Source: Naegleria gruberi
Lineage: Eukaryota
Direction: 5' to 3' (one strand)
NCBI GenBank assembly: GCA_000004985.1
Contig: GG738880.1
DNA: 64,000 bases
Part shown: positions 10,908 to 23,800 of the stretch, piece after piece
Layout of the letters: each line of letters begins with the position of its first letter
Numbering within the stretch: position 1 is the stretch's first letter
Made by a program: the position numbers and the translations under genes
The notes under the pieces: model-generated
Told to the model about the DNA's origin: nothing
Databases searched by the model: none
The model's input: the letters and a program-made list of their open reading frames with translations, nothing else

Positions 10908-12582
10908 CTATCAAAAGTATTGTTGCTGAAATATTTGCTTTTGCTACTTCTATAATGTGACAATATTCTCTCAGTTGTGTCGAATATATTGTTGATGTCA
11001 GCTGAGTGAGTATGAAAGAAATGGACTAATGCGCAATTAGAAAAATCAAAACTGATGTGTCAGGCAACAGTTGTTGGTTTTTTTTGGTGTGTTTTTGTTT
11101 TTAGAATTATTGTTTTTGGGTATTAGCTGATATTGTCGAACCATGAAAGATGGTGGAGCACTATCAAACAACGCAAACACAGTTGGATTCGCATCTGTCA
11201 GATGTTCTCAGCAAAACGCCATTAATTTACTGTCAGAAACGACATCATGCCTGTTGGCGTTATGCTTTGAATTTGAGGGTACCATCAAACAATTGGTCAT
11301 AGATCAATGGTTTTAATGTCCAATATTTTGTGTGCATACCGAAACATACCGATTATTTGAGTTGTTTCGAATATGAAAACAAACAAGTAGATGACAAACT
11401 TGTTTCCTACCTTATCACCATTTGGTTTAGATCCTCAAACCAAGGCAATCCACCTGATTTATCTAATCACCCAGATCTGCAACTTTTCCTATTGCATCAC
11501 TAGATGTTAAATCGAAACTTTCGCATAACACAATTAGTATGGAAAGTTGGTACTTTCAGGCAGTGCACTGTCTTGTCTCACCTTATCTTCTTGCCTTCAA
11601 TAATGTTTTGACACAAGTCGACAAGGTTTCAGACAACATTAAGAATTACAAATCAGAGGAGTCTGAGGAGGTTGACCATATTTGTCATGCATTGCACAAA
11701 CTGTTAAAATTTTCCATTACTTATTGCAAACTTCATTCCACAAGGAAATATTATCATTGGTTCATTATGGCGCACTGTGAAAGCTTGATAGATATCTGTT
11801 GGTTGTAATCCACCATCCAAATATTGTAATAATAACATTAATGTTGTTGTATAATAGAATACATGTTGTTGTGTGGTTGCAATTAGCAATGTTTCAAAGG
11901 TTGTTGATGTTTTCTCAGTCACCACAGTAAAGACCAACACAAATTGGCATAGACCGCCTTTTCGGTTTGAATATTTCTTTTAGGAAGAAAATTAATACGC
12001 AATCTCAAGAAACGAGGTATAAACAATTATGGCTATCCATCAAAATTTGGCAGATTTGATAACTATTATAAAATTCGGCGTTTGTAAACCACTTGATTGC
12101 TTGGGACATTGGCATGTAAGGAATGCTGTTCCTTTTGGGTTCCTTTGTATAATGTTCTTCTTTAGCAATTTTGCAAACCCTCCTTCAAAACTACAGTAAA
12201 GAACTACAGTTATTAGATTTGAAACAAAGTGTTGAAAATGTTAAATAATGAACTCATTGTTTGAGGAATTGGTGCACCTGAGCTCTGTAACACTGACTTT
12301 TGTGTGTAATAGGGTAAATTAAAGCGTTGACTATCAGCACTCCGAAACCGGTTAATATTCAATGCAATATTTGTTATGAGATATCCTAATATTGAGGCGG
12401 ATCACGTACCACATGTTAAATCAATAATAAGTTCAAATGGTAAATGGGTTCAAATCTTGGCTTATGTACATGAGACCATGCGAAAGTTAGAGCATTCCTT
12501 GTTACATCAAATTCGAAAGTCAATTATCTTGTTTATCTACAGATTCTGAGTCGATTTACAATTGTACATGGTCAGGAGTTGT

Positions 12583-13809
12583 TTAAATCTTAATATTCTT
12601 CGAGTATTTAAGGTGAAGAATGATTGCTGAATAGACAAGTAGACTGTGAGCATACTTGATGTCTGTGTTAGTGATTTCTACATAAAGACCTCCCTTCAAT
12701 TTGTCAAATGCCAACAGTTGAGCACGTTTTCTATACTTCCTTTCTTTTTCTGTTACAAGATCAGACTTGGTTCCAACTAATACCACTTCCATTGGATTGT
12801 GTTGTTCCAAATCTTTGATGTGCCTATCCAATCTATCCAAAGTTAGTGCACTATTACTTAAATCAAACATGGCAAATGCTACATGTCCTCCTCTGTAGTA
12901 TATTGGAGATAGTGTTGCAAATCTCTCTGGACCACTGTAATCCCACAATTGCAATTCAGAGATGGAATTGGGAATGAGTTTGTATCTTTGTTTCAAGAAG
13001 GAAGCTCCAATGGTCGGCATGTCTTCCTTTTGTCTACAATTAATATTCTTAATGGCACACTCCAAAGTGGATGTCTTTCCCACATAACAGTCACCAAGCA
13101 TGATTACTTTGAAAATTTGTGTCCCCTCAGTGATCATTGGTTTGTTTGGTTTCCTTTCAATTTGAATCGATGATGCTGAACTGTTATTTTTAAAGAATGA
13201 TGACAAGTAATGTAAAACTGAACTCATAACACCACTACTATTCTTTTCATCTGATTTCTTCTCAATTTCTACTTTGGAATTATTAGAAACAACTTGATCT
13301 GAATTAATAGGACTTTCCACCTTCCCAAAGAATTCACTATAACACTCTATCATTTCCAATTCAGTTCCAAACCATTCATATTCTTTCTTACAAAAATCCA
13401 TTGTAATCGTTGCATGCAAATTTTGTGTTCTAACCTCACCCATCTTGGTTACCCCAATCAATCGAGTCGCCAATTCATAAACATGTTCCTTAAACATCAT
13501 CTTGATGAAATTTCTTCCCATTCTACTTTGAAAAAGGCTTGAAAATGCTTCATCACCACCACTATTATTCGAATCATCATCAACCAATTGCGCATAATCT
13601 TGATAACGTTTCCAAATGATCGGAAGGGAAATCTCCCTCCACGACCTACAAACTCTCACCACGGAAAAGATCAAGTGGGTCATGGATAAATGTTGGAAAA
13701 TCTCTCCAGTGAGTTCATCCGGAAGGGTGGAAAATATTTCCTGGAAGGAATACTGCTTGGTTTTAGAGTTGAAAAACAGGCGAGTGAGGGCTGAATTGTT
13801 GTTGATCAT
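12583..13809 (-). CDS. F-box protein with C-terminal Rab-like small GTPase domain carrying degenerate G3/G4 motifs
   Basis: 408-aa ORF with the ATG after an A10 run. The N-terminal F-box is LPDELTGEIFQHLSMTHLIFSVVRVCRSWREIS. The C-terminal region has G1 KVIMLGDCYVGKTS and G3 WDYSGPERF (DTAGQE with Q replaced by P). It also has G4 VGTKSDL (NKxD replaced by TKSD) and a Rab-like tail. Confidence 0.7.
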   Translation of the reverse strand: MINNNSALTRLFFNSKTKQYSFQEIFSTLPDELTGEIFQHLSMTHLIFSVVRVCRSWREISLPIIWKRYQDYAQLVDDDSNNSGGDEAFSSLFQSRMGRNFIKMMFKEHVYELATRLIGVTKMGEVRTQNLHATITMDFCKKEYEWFGTELEMIECYSEFFGKVESPINSDQVVSNNSKVEIEKKSDEKNSSGVMSSVLHYLSSFFKNNSSASSIQIERKPNKPMITEGTQIFKVIMLGDCYVGKTSTLECAIKNINCRQKEDMPTIGASFLKQRYKLIPNSISELQLWDYSGPERFATLSPIYYRGGHVAFAMFDLSNSALTLDRLDRHIKDLEQHNPMEVVLVGTKSDLVTEKERKYRKRAQLLAFDKLKGGLYVEITNTDIKYAHSLLVYSAIILHLKYSKNIKI

Positions 13810-13934
13810 TTTTTTTTTAAAGATTTTTTATTGTAATCTCAATGAATAGTAAATAGTCTTAATATGGAAGGTGAAAAATTTCATCATTTGGGATAAATTG
13901 AATGAACCATCATGTGGAAAAGAGGCTAATTTCT

Positions 13935-14909
13935 CTAAGGAATGAGTAAAATCTTGCCAGTACTTTTACGTTGTTCCAAAAATTCATGAGCTAGAGCTCC
14001 CTCACTCAATTTGAAATTCTTCCACTCACTAATTGTAATCTTTTTTTGAGAAATCCATGAAAATAATTCAGTGGAACGTTTCAATCTCTCCTCCCTACTT
14101 GTTAGGACATTCCACAAGTCGCCACCAGTGAGTGTTTTTGAGCCATCCATTAACATTCGTGGATTGATGAGTGGAGGATCGCCACCTGCCATTCCATAGA
14201 ATACGACAGTTCCTCCAATTTTTGTAATTTTGAATGAGTCCATGATTGTTGAACCAACTGATTCGTAGACTACGTTAACACCTATTTGATTGGTCAATTG
14301 AAGTATTTGTTCAGTCCAATTATCCTTATATAGAAAAACATGATCTGCTCCAATTTGTTTTGCAATTTCTGCCTTTTCTTCACTTGAAGTCAGTCCAATA
14401 ACTGTTCCTCCCAATAATTTGATAATTTGGGTAAGCAATTGACCAACTCCACCTGCCACTGCATGCACCACTGCAACAGTTCCCTCCTTCACAACAAATG
14501 AATCTCTTGTCAAATAATGAGCTGTCAATCCTTGCAACAAGACAGCTGCTGCCATCTCTGATGAAATCTCATCTGGCAGAGGAATTGCCTTCTCCACAGT
14601 AACTTTCACCAATTGAGCATTGGCATGAGGCACATCAGCAAAACCAACTCTCATCCCCACTCGAATCAAATCAGAGTTCACCTCACTTCCAATCTCTTCT
14701 ACAATTCCAGCCCCTTCATATCCCAAAATATAGGGAGGTTCTCCCACCAAATGATAATTTCCATTCCTTCTGTAAATATCTGCAAAATTCAAGCCAATGG
14801 CCTGAGTCCTAACCAACACATCATTCTTTCCAATTTGTGGTTTTTCCAATTCTTTCATGTAGAGAACTTGAGAAGCTTCTCCGAATCGATCAAAAACAAG
14901 AGCTTGCAT
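13935..14909 (-). CDS. NADPH:quinone oxidoreductase / zeta-crystallin-like medium-chain dehydrogenase/reductase
   Basis: 324-aa ORF starting MQALVFDRFGEASQVLYMKELEKPQIGKNDVLVRTQAIGLNFADIY. It has GYEGAGIVEEIG and the nucleotide-binding VAGGVGQLLTQIIKLLGGTVIG (GxGxxG-type). This is canonical QOR/MDR architecture. Confidence 0.85.
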   Translation of the reverse strand: MQALVFDRFGEASQVLYMKELEKPQIGKNDVLVRTQAIGLNFADIYRRNGNYHLVGEPPYILGYEGAGIVEEIGSEVNSDLIRVGMRVGFADVPHANAQLVKVTVEKAIPLPDEISSEMAAAVLLQGLTAHYLTRDSFVVKEGTVAVVHAVAGGVGQLLTQIIKLLGGTVIGLTSSEEKAEIAKQIGADHVFLYKDNWTEQILQLTNQIGVNVVYESVGSTIMDSFKITKIGGTVVFYGMAGGDPPLINPRMLMDGSKTLTGGDLWNVLTSREERLKRSTELFSWISQKKITISEWKNFKLSEGALAHEFLEQRKSTGKILLIP

Positions 14910-15278
14910 GATACTTTAATTTGTTGTGTTGAGCTTTTTTTTAGAGATTATGCATGACGTCTCTTGTGTGATGAGGAGGAGAATTGTTCATTGGTAATTA
15001 CGGAATTAGAGTAATTAAAGCGTCCTTATTGATGGAAAGTTGCAATTGTTTTTACTGTTTTTTTTGGAGTTGATGTGAAAATGTCTGAACTCACTCTTCT
15101 AGTCTGTGAATCATGGCAACTTCTGCTGGATATTAAGCCATGCTGAACTCTTATTGTGAATCTACGAAGAGTTTCGTCTTGTTTTTTAGAAGAAATATGT
15201 TAAATTAATTAAAAATACACTATTTTATTTAAAACACAGCGCGTTAAGTATTGAAAAAAGACAAACTATTTTGATCAC

Positions 15279-16652
15279 TTATTGTTCAGTGTACTTTTTC
15301 AATTCTTGTTGGAGATTCCAATTTTCCTTTTCCAAAGCTTCAACACGTTGTCTCAATTCTTCATTTTGCTTGACCAATTCTTGTGGATTTGAAGTCTTGG
15401 CTGGCAAAACAGTCTTTGGTTGTTTGGCCTTAATTTCAACGTTTGGTTTGAAATCACGGAATTGAACATCAATTTCCTTATCTTCTGGATTCATGGAAAC
15501 CAAAGATAATTCAGCATCTTGACCAGAGAAGTAATCAGAAGCAGACAAGGCAGGAGATGGAGAAGCAGTCTTTGGATAGATATCAGATTGGAACAATTCA
15601 GACTTTCTTGGAACAGTGAATGAAATTGGAGTAATTTGATTAGCAGTCAACTTGAACAATCTGACAATTTCGTTAGAAGTAGTATCAACAGCAATCTTTG
15701 GAAGCATAGCCATACCCATTTGTGGATCAGTTGATCTAAATTCAGACAATGAGTGAATGTATGGTTCTTCATTAGTAACTTCAAAGAATCTAATGTTACC
15801 ATCACCCTTACCAGCCAAGAAGAGCAAATTAGTATCTGGATCATAGAATGGCATAATCAAACCAGAAGCCATATCAATATTAACAGTGTGCAATGGCTTT
15901 TCCAATGAACGTGGATCCCACATCATGTATTGTCTTTCAGAGGTCTTTGAGAAACCAACAGAGAACAATCTATCAGTATTGGTAATCCATTGAACACGAG
16001 ATCCCTTAGTACCACCATGACCTTCAACTTCAAGAGCAACTGCACCCTTTCTAGGATCAATAATTCTCAACTTTTTATCCTTTGAAGTGGAGGCAAACAA
16101 TGAACCATTCTTATTGAAAGAAATTGATTGAATATCTTTCCACAAATCTTTCATTTCAACTTGGCTCTTACCAGTTTCAATATCCCACAAAACAACTTTG
16201 TGATCTTGACCAGCAGTCAACAAGACATTGTTAGCAGTTGGATGGAATTCCAACAAACCAACCTTCTTCATGTGACCTTCCAATGTAACTGATGGTTCAG
16301 TAACAGTGCTTGTCAAACCATCTTGTGGAATTGACCAAATCTTGGCAGTAGCATCAACTGAACCAGTTGCCAAAATATATTGATTGAATGGATGGAACTT
16401 TAAATCCAAAACAGCACCAGTGTGGCCAGATAAAAGTGGCAAATCAGCAGCTTGTTTACCTGGAGTCTTTTGGTTCAAAACAGCAACTGAACCACCACCA
16501 CCTTGCCATGGAACAGCAACGAACAAGGCATTAGCAGCAAGCCAATTAGAATCCCAAGCACCAACATTTGGACGAATGTTTTGGAAGGCGAATTCTGCCT
16601 TGTATGGTTCACCGAAAACGTGACGATAGAGTGATGATCTGACAATGGACAT
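15279..16652 (-). CDS. corA: Coronin (actin-binding WD40 propeller with C-terminal coiled coil)
   Basis: 457-aa ORF starting MSIVRSSLYRHVFGEPYKAEF..WDSN. It contains the LLSGHTGAVLDLKFHPFN WD repeats and FSKTSERQYMMWDPRS..GLIMPFYDPDTNLLFLAGKGDGNIRFFEV. The coiled-coil tail is ELVKQNEELRQRVEALEKENWNLQQELKK. It is collinear with Dictyostelium coronin as I recall that sequence. Confidence 0.9.
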   Translation of the reverse strand: MSIVRSSLYRHVFGEPYKAEFAFQNIRPNVGAWDSNWLAANALFVAVPWQGGGGSVAVLNQKTPGKQAADLPLLSGHTGAVLDLKFHPFNQYILATGSVDATAKIWSIPQDGLTSTVTEPSVTLEGHMKKVGLLEFHPTANNVLLTAGQDHKVVLWDIETGKSQVEMKDLWKDIQSISFNKNGSLFASTSKDKKLRIIDPRKGAVALEVEGHGGTKGSRVQWITNTDRLFSVGFSKTSERQYMMWDPRSLEKPLHTVNIDMASGLIMPFYDPDTNLLFLAGKGDGNIRFFEVTNEEPYIHSLSEFRSTDPQMGMAMLPKIAVDTTSNEIVRLFKLTANQITPISFTVPRKSELFQSDIYPKTASPSPALSASDYFSGQDAELSLVSMNPEDKEIDVQFRDFKPNVEIKAKQPKTVLPAKTSNPQELVKQNEELRQRVEALEKENWNLQQELKKYTEQ

Positions 16653-17389
16653 TTTTCTATTTAATTTATATTGTATAAATGTAAAAGGTGTATAGATTTT
16701 TCAAAACGTGTGGATTAAACATAGAGTTTCGAATAAAAAGTGTGTGAAAGCATGTTAAAAAAAAATTAAAGAGAGAAATTAGCTACGTACGGTTTTTGTG
16801 TATTTTTTTGATTTGTTTGCTGGTGCCTTCGCTTACGTATTATGATGATAATTTGCTAGTTGATGTGCATGTCAATCAAACATGTCCAACTGTCAAAAAA
16901 AATCAACCAATCAATGTTGATGGACATTAATCGTTGAAAGATAGGTACGTGTGAGTATTCGATATTGTTGGCACAATGTTCCATAAGGTCTGAGAGCGTT
17001 GGGGGAAATAGTTCAATTTTAGAAAGTAATACTACCTTGTTTAATACTTTACAATAAAATGTTTAATTAAAATAATTGTTGACATGTTTGGAAACAATTG
17101 AATCTCTTTCTTTTGTAAGAGAAGTATTCGTAGAAGGTTACATTGAAATTTAACATTTTTGAATAATAATGAGAATTCGAAACCTTTCTAATACCAGTTG
17201 AGATAAAGAAAATGATGAGAGAATTGTTTTGCAGGAAAATAGGGTGCAATTGATCTTTCTTTATCTCATATAAAAATAAATTTTAAAAAAAATTATTAAT
17301 AATAACATTTTTATTTTCCAAATAAACCACTTCCATTTTAAGAAATACTATATATTAAGCAATTATTCAACAACAATTCTAAAAAAAAA

Positions 17390-17674
17390 ATGAACGAACA
17401 AGAAGAAAAGGCAATCAGAGAACACGACAAACAAGAAGAAAACACTCGACTCTATTATTTAGCACAGGTGCCATTTGTCAGTTCTTATGGAGGTTTGATG
17501 GGAGATTGCATGTTTTATGGACACGGCGATGTTGGAGAATCTTCTGGAAAGTATAAGGGAGCAAAGATTGAACACAAGATTCGAACGGAAGAAACTAAAC
17601 TATTTGATGATAAAGGAGAGGAAATTAAATATGATCAAGAAGAGGAGGTTGAAGAAAAACAAGTGAATCCTTAA
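17390..17674 (+). CDS. Small acidic/Lys-rich hypothetical protein (94 aa)
   Basis: The ATG is preceded by A10. The sequence has normal coding composition (MNEQEEKAIREHDKQEENTRLYYLAQVPFVSSYGG..). There is no family assignment, so this could be a genuine small gene or noise. Confidence 0.3.
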   Translation: MNEQEEKAIREHDKQEENTRLYYLAQVPFVSSYGGLMGDCMFYGHGDVGESSGKYKGAKIEHKIRTEETKLFDDKGEEIKYDQEEEVEEKQVNP

Positions 17675-17833
17675 TGAAAACCTTTCAGTTTATGACCGTT
17701 TGGGATTGTGGACATCTTTCGTCCGAACTTTCAGTGACACATCCAAGTTTCGAATAAAAAATCCAAAACTAATTGACCTAAACCAACAAAAAAATCAGAG
17801 AAGGTTCACCATCACTCTGCTGAAGGTGTCAAA

Positions 17834-20800
17834 ATGTCATCAACCCGATCAATTTTCCTTCAAATTTTCATCACTTCCTTCATTGTTTTGTTTTTTTCAT
17901 CATTTAATTGTTTTTTATTATTATCAGATAATGAACATGATAATAATGATGGAATAATCATACAATCGACAAGAGAATCAGGATTAAGTTTCGGATTGGT
18001 GGAAGCTAGTCTATTTTATGGAAATATTACACTTTCGAATATGAATTATTTGACCTCTCTTAGGTATAATCCAATTTATTATGATTATCCGAATGGAATT
18101 TTATATGCTTTTGGAGGAAATGATAGTAAGAAACGAGTTACAAAATCAGTGGCTGCTACTAAATCTTTAAGAGAAATTAGAAAAAGTAATGGAAACGTTT
18201 ACAATACAACTGTTCATTCAGATTTTGGAGATTTTCAACAAATTTCAACTCTCACCACTGCTATGGTCAATTATGCTGTTTATTCGATTAATAATCCAAC
18301 TGGTGGAAGATTAGTTTATTTATTTGGTGGAGATTCAACATTTGGAATTATTCAGGCCTCTAACTCAATTACTAATCTAAATTATTATTCACCAAATTTG
18401 GCAAATATTCCACCAACCTATTTTGCACACTTCATTACTGAACAATATATTTATTTAATTGGTGGTATTTCGAATGGTGGTGTTTATGATAATGGAATTT
18501 TCAGAGCTAATCTTTCAAGTTTATTAACTCAATGGGAAAGATTTGCTGATTTTCCAGTAACTATTGCAAAGGCAAATGCATTTCTATTGAATGGAGATGT
18601 TTATGTCATTGGTGGAAAGAATAATGAGACTGATGATAATCGGATTGTTTATTCTGTTCCATTGAATGATTTGGAAACACTTTCTGCTAATTTTATTGAG
18701 ATTGCTACCTTGAGCCGACCAACAGTTGGTTCTTCACTCGTATTGACAAGGGATTATGGTTTCCTATTTGGAGATGAGAATGCTGGTTCTGGAGTAGGTA
18801 TTGATACTGTCCTTGTTTTTCCCACAAGTGATGTTTCACAAATATTCGAAATTGGTATCAATGATTATTATTTCTCTTATGGTGTTCCAGTTGTGGTTTC
18901 TGGAACTATTGCTAGTTTCTTTGAGAGCACTCGTTCAGAACTTGTTGAAATTGAATTGGCATCAGATGCAGTTCCATATTGTTTCGGATTGGATGCAACG
19001 AATCCAGTTGCATGTTCGGGACATGGAAATTGTGTTGCCAATGAATACTGCAGCTGCAAGAGAGGATATTATGGCATGGATTGTTCAGTCACCTTTCTAT
19101 GCAATGGAACCATTTCCTATTCTCAGAATGTGTGCAGTGGCTACGGTTCTTGTGTCAATACGGATGAATGTTCCTGTAGAGCCAATAGAGATGGAAAGTT
19201 TTGTCAATTCAGTTATTGTAGTGGTATTCTTAATACTGATCCAACAGTTTGTAATGGAAAGGGATCTTGTGTGAATTCAGTTTGTCAGTGTGAGCAGGGA
19301 TTTTATGGAAGTGAGTGTAAGAATTATTCGTGTTACGAAATACCTTCCACTAATTCTTCAGCTGCATGTTCAGGACATGGCACTTGCAATTCACCAAATA
19401 ATTGCACTTGTTATGGACCTTATTCTGGAGACATGTGTCAGAGATTTTATTGTGGAATTTTCTCGAATGAAGATGCCGATATGGCTTGTAGTGGGAATGG
19501 AAAGTGTACTGAACCTGGCAAATGCACATGTAACAGTGGATTTTATGGAGCCAATTGTGAATCTTTTAATTGTTATGGTGAAATATTCAATAGTTCAAGA
19601 GTGTGTAATGGAAACGGTTCATGTATTTCACCAGATCACTGCACATGTCGAAATGGCTATACTGGATCAAACTGCTCAATTCCAACTTGTTTTGGAGAGA
19701 ATGGCACCTTGGCTTGTGATTCACACGGAATTTGTACAGCTCCTGATACATGTAATTGTACAGGAGGATACTATGGCAGTAGATGTTCAATGTTTACGTG
19801 TTTTGGAGTCGATTACAAGGAACCATCTGTTTGTTCTTCTGAAGGTTCTTGTGTAGCTCCAGATACTTGTGAATGTAATCAATTCTATACAGGAAATAAC
19901 TGTTCTCATTACACATGTTTTGATGTGAGAGATGACAATTCAACTTTAGTTTGTTCAGGAAATGGAAAATGTACCAAACCTAATGTTTGTTCATGTAAGG
20001 AGGGATACACTTCTGCCAATTGCTCTGCGTATTCTTGTAATGGTATTGGACATGATAATTCAAAGGTCTGTAACTCTGTTGGTGTTTGCACATCACCAAA
20101 TAATTGTACCTGTCAATCAGGTTACTATGGTTCTGATTGCCAAGTTTCAGAGTGTTTTGGAATTAGAAGTGATAATCAAAGTGTTTGTTCTGGAAGAGGT
20201 GAATGTAGTGGAAGAAATGCTTGCAACTGCTCTCAAAATTATTTAGGATCCCAATGTGAATTGACATCTTGTTTCGGCATTCTTTCGAATATATCCAATG
20301 TCTGTAATGGAAATGGAAAATGCATAGACTTTGATCAATGCTCTTGTAAGGAGGGATATTCAAGTCCCCAATGCACAGATTTCTATTGTGGAACTTTTCA
20401 TTTTAATAATTCTGCAACTTGCTCCGGAAAGGGAAGTTGTGTTTCGCCTAATTCATGCAACTGCTCAATTCCCTACTTTGGAAAGTATTGTGAAAACTTT
20501 AATTGTTTCAATATTTTGAATAACCAATCAACAGTTTGCTCTTCACATGGATCTTGCATAGCTCCCGATACTTGCAAATGTGAAGAAGGTTATTTGGGAC
20601 AAAATTGTTCCTCCTTTTCATGTTTCAACAAGACAGCTGATAGTGATGATGTTTGTTCTGGAAGAGGTTTATGTATTTCACCAAATACATGCATGTGTAC
20701 TGTGGAAGGGTTCCTTGGAATGGATTGCAACTTGTCATTGCCATTTGATATTTATTTGAATGTTTCGAATAGTATTGTTATTTATAGTGATGATAATCCA

Positions 20801-23800
20801 ATTATTGGATTCAAAGTTTTATCAAATTATAACGAATCTGATTTCTTTGGATACAGATTAACATCTTCTGGAATTGCTCCTGTCAATCAAAAGAGCAATG
20901 AATTTACTCTTGACACTAGTCAACTTTCTATTGGCCTTACCAATTATTTCCTAATTGCCAGATTGAAGAACAGCAGAACTTCCTCATCTCTAAAACTTTC
21001 TGTTGTGAAATTACAAAAATCCAGACCATCAATTGCAATTTCCAAGTTTGTATCTGTCAATGTTCCTGAATTTATTGTTTCTAGAAATGCCACAACATTT
21101 GACTTTTATTTATTGAACTTGACAATTAGTGGGCAGTCTGTTTCTTCATTATTTGGATGTAATTCTAAATGTTTAGCCGATTATTCTTATTAATATTTAC
21201 TTGACAGGTGATTCTTTGGATTCAGTTTACAATATTTCCTCTTTACAAAGTTCTTCCTATGTTCTTATCAGTGATGCAAGCAATTCTATTGGATTTAGTC
21301 CAATTCTTCAAATTCCATCCTTTACTCTAACTAAATCTCAATTGGAACAAGCAACATTTTTACAATTTGATTTTACAATTGGATCTGCAATTGGTTCCAA
21401 GAGAATTCCAATCATTTCTGCACCAAAACCAAAGAATGGTGTACTCACAGCTAGTAGCTCAATTTCAAGAGGAGTTGCCCTGACAGATGCCTACAACATT
21501 GCATCAGTTGAGTTTTCAGCTGCCACTCAATTGTTACCTCTCAGTTATGCTTATGCATTCTATGAGCCATCACAAGGCAGAGTTCTTAGAATGAGTTCAT
21601 TCTCTACTAGCTCAGTTGCCTCCATTTATTTACCATTCATTGCAAGCAGTGGAAACGTCAGTTCAGTTGACATTTATTTACTTGTTAAGGATGATTTGGA
21701 TTTTATTGATCAGTATTACATTTTCACTCTAGAAGTCACACCATATTTAGGAAATACTGATTCATTGTTCAATCAAACTCTTCCAGATTCTATCAAGACA
21801 GTTTTTGCGTATGATAATTCCATCAAACAGTCGAATTCTGTTGCAGATCAAGTTGTGAAAAACATTGAAATTCCAACAAATTCACCAGAAGCATCTCTCT
21901 CTGTCATTCAACAAATTCTTCCACAAAATGCCAATACTCCATCAGTAGTTAAGGAAGTTCAATCAAAAGTTCAATCATTCCTTGGCAGTGTCCAAACAAG
22001 TCAATCAGAGGAAATGAAAAAGTATGGTTTCGTAAAGAATCCACTCAGTAGTACTGCACTCCAATCGACTTTGAATCTCATTTCGGATTTATTCTCATCC
22101 AATAGGAAATATCCAGCTACTGGAAACACTTCAACAACAGAATCTCTAGTTTTATCATTTAGTAAGATTTTACTTTCGAATGCTTTACCGAAAGTTGTCA
22201 ATTCCAAAGATTCAGACCTACCAAATGTTAATTATCATTCCAGTGAAATGAATGTCACTGTCTCTTCACTAATTTTCGGCTCAACCACTGACAATGCAAT
22301 TCAACAAACTCTTCATGGAACAAACTCACAACTTTCATTGAATTTAAAGAAAGTTGCCAAACAATTTGGTGGAGAATCAACAAATATTGGATTATCATTG
22401 ATAACCTATTCTCAAAATGTTAAATCGGATAATTATTCTGCAAGTGTTCAATCTGGATCAACTCTGGTTGAATTTAAATATTATCAAGATGCACAAGTAG
22501 TGACATTGAAGGATTTGGATTCACCATTTACTTTGATATTCACACCACTCAATGATCAAATCAAACAAAATTTAACACTCAACACTACGAATGTTAAATG
22601 TATGTATTGGAATGAGGAAGTGTCAATGTGGAAATCAGATGGCTGTCAATATTCAAATTCCTCAAAAGATTCTATCATTTGTCAATGCACTCACACAACC
22701 AAATTCTCCACTTTTATTGAGTATACTTCATCCTATTCGAACACAACTAAATTGACCGAAACTGAACTATTGTACATTGCCAGCGTGTACAGTGCAGAGA
22801 TTAGTTTTGGAATAATGTTTGCAATCTGCTCTGCCATCATTCTCATTGTCTTGATTATTTACAGGAAGGAACAACCATTACTTTCAAGATTCTTGACTCC
22901 ATTCTTGGGAATGCTTGCTCTATTAGTGGAAAGTGTTTTAATTTCAATTGTGCAAAGATCTGTACTTGTTAGTCAACTCTTACCAAGTCAATCTAAAATG
23001 TGGGAATCTGGAGGCGAAACTGCCACTAATATTGTTGGAAATGTCACTATGATTATTGTAAACACATTGAATTTGACAGCCATCTTGGCATATGTCATCC
23101 AAGTTATTAGATTCCAGCTCCTCAAATATTTATATGATGTGATAGCTCAGAAGAATAATGGTCAATCATTCATGATGAAAGTATTGAGATTCGTCACTTC
23201 TAAAAAGCTTTTCGTCACTCTGATTGTCATTTCATTAATCTTTAATTTGTGCTATTGGTTAATGTGGGTCTTGTTAGTGAGATTGAGTGTTATTACTGCA
23301 TCTGTTTATACTGAGGCAGTTTCCATTTCGTATACAGTTATTATATTCGGATATAGTGTGATTATTAGTATTATAGCAATTGTGGATATTATTTCTAGTA
23401 CAAGACAAAAGAAGATTAAGAGGAGAAGAAGGTCAACTGTCAATTCATTGTCTTCAACTAGCTCAACAAAATCATCCCAGTCACTTATTCCATCAAAATC
23501 TACTCGAAGATTCTTTTATTTGGATGCTCCTTTATTTTTCAGATCTGAAATGTTCATGTATTTGGTCTGTTTTGCACTCATGATTATTCAACAAGTTATT
23601 GGATTAGTTTCTAATAATTTCAGATTTATTGATGCAAATGCTTATGAAATTGCAATTTATTTTGATGGAATTCGATTTGCATTTGAAGTATTGTACACTT
23701 GTGTGTATTTACTTGTATTTGGAGGTTTTGCTATTCTTGTACTAATTGTCTACAAGGTAAAAATTAACAAGAGAAGAAAACAACTGGTCAACCAAGATTT

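Noticed and set aside
11539-11940. ORFs 11539..11808 (+) and 11704..11940 (-) in the 1.7-kb intergenic region between the Zn2Cys6 and F-box genes
   Set aside because: They lack a recognisable domain, a start context or codon bias. They may be small genes but I cannot support them.
12400-12470. tRNA-like T-loop sequence GGGTTCAAATC
   Set aside because: The flanking bases cannot form a T-stem (only 1 Watson-Crick pair of 5) or acceptor stem, so this is not a tRNA. I could not support any tRNA or rRNA gene in the window by eye.
18801-20519. Multiple 60-190-aa ORFs on both strands inside the EGF-repeat region
   Set aside because: These are shadow ORFs in alternative frames of the large EGF-repeat CDS (17834..21158). 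Their composition follows the repetitive Cys codons of the real frame.
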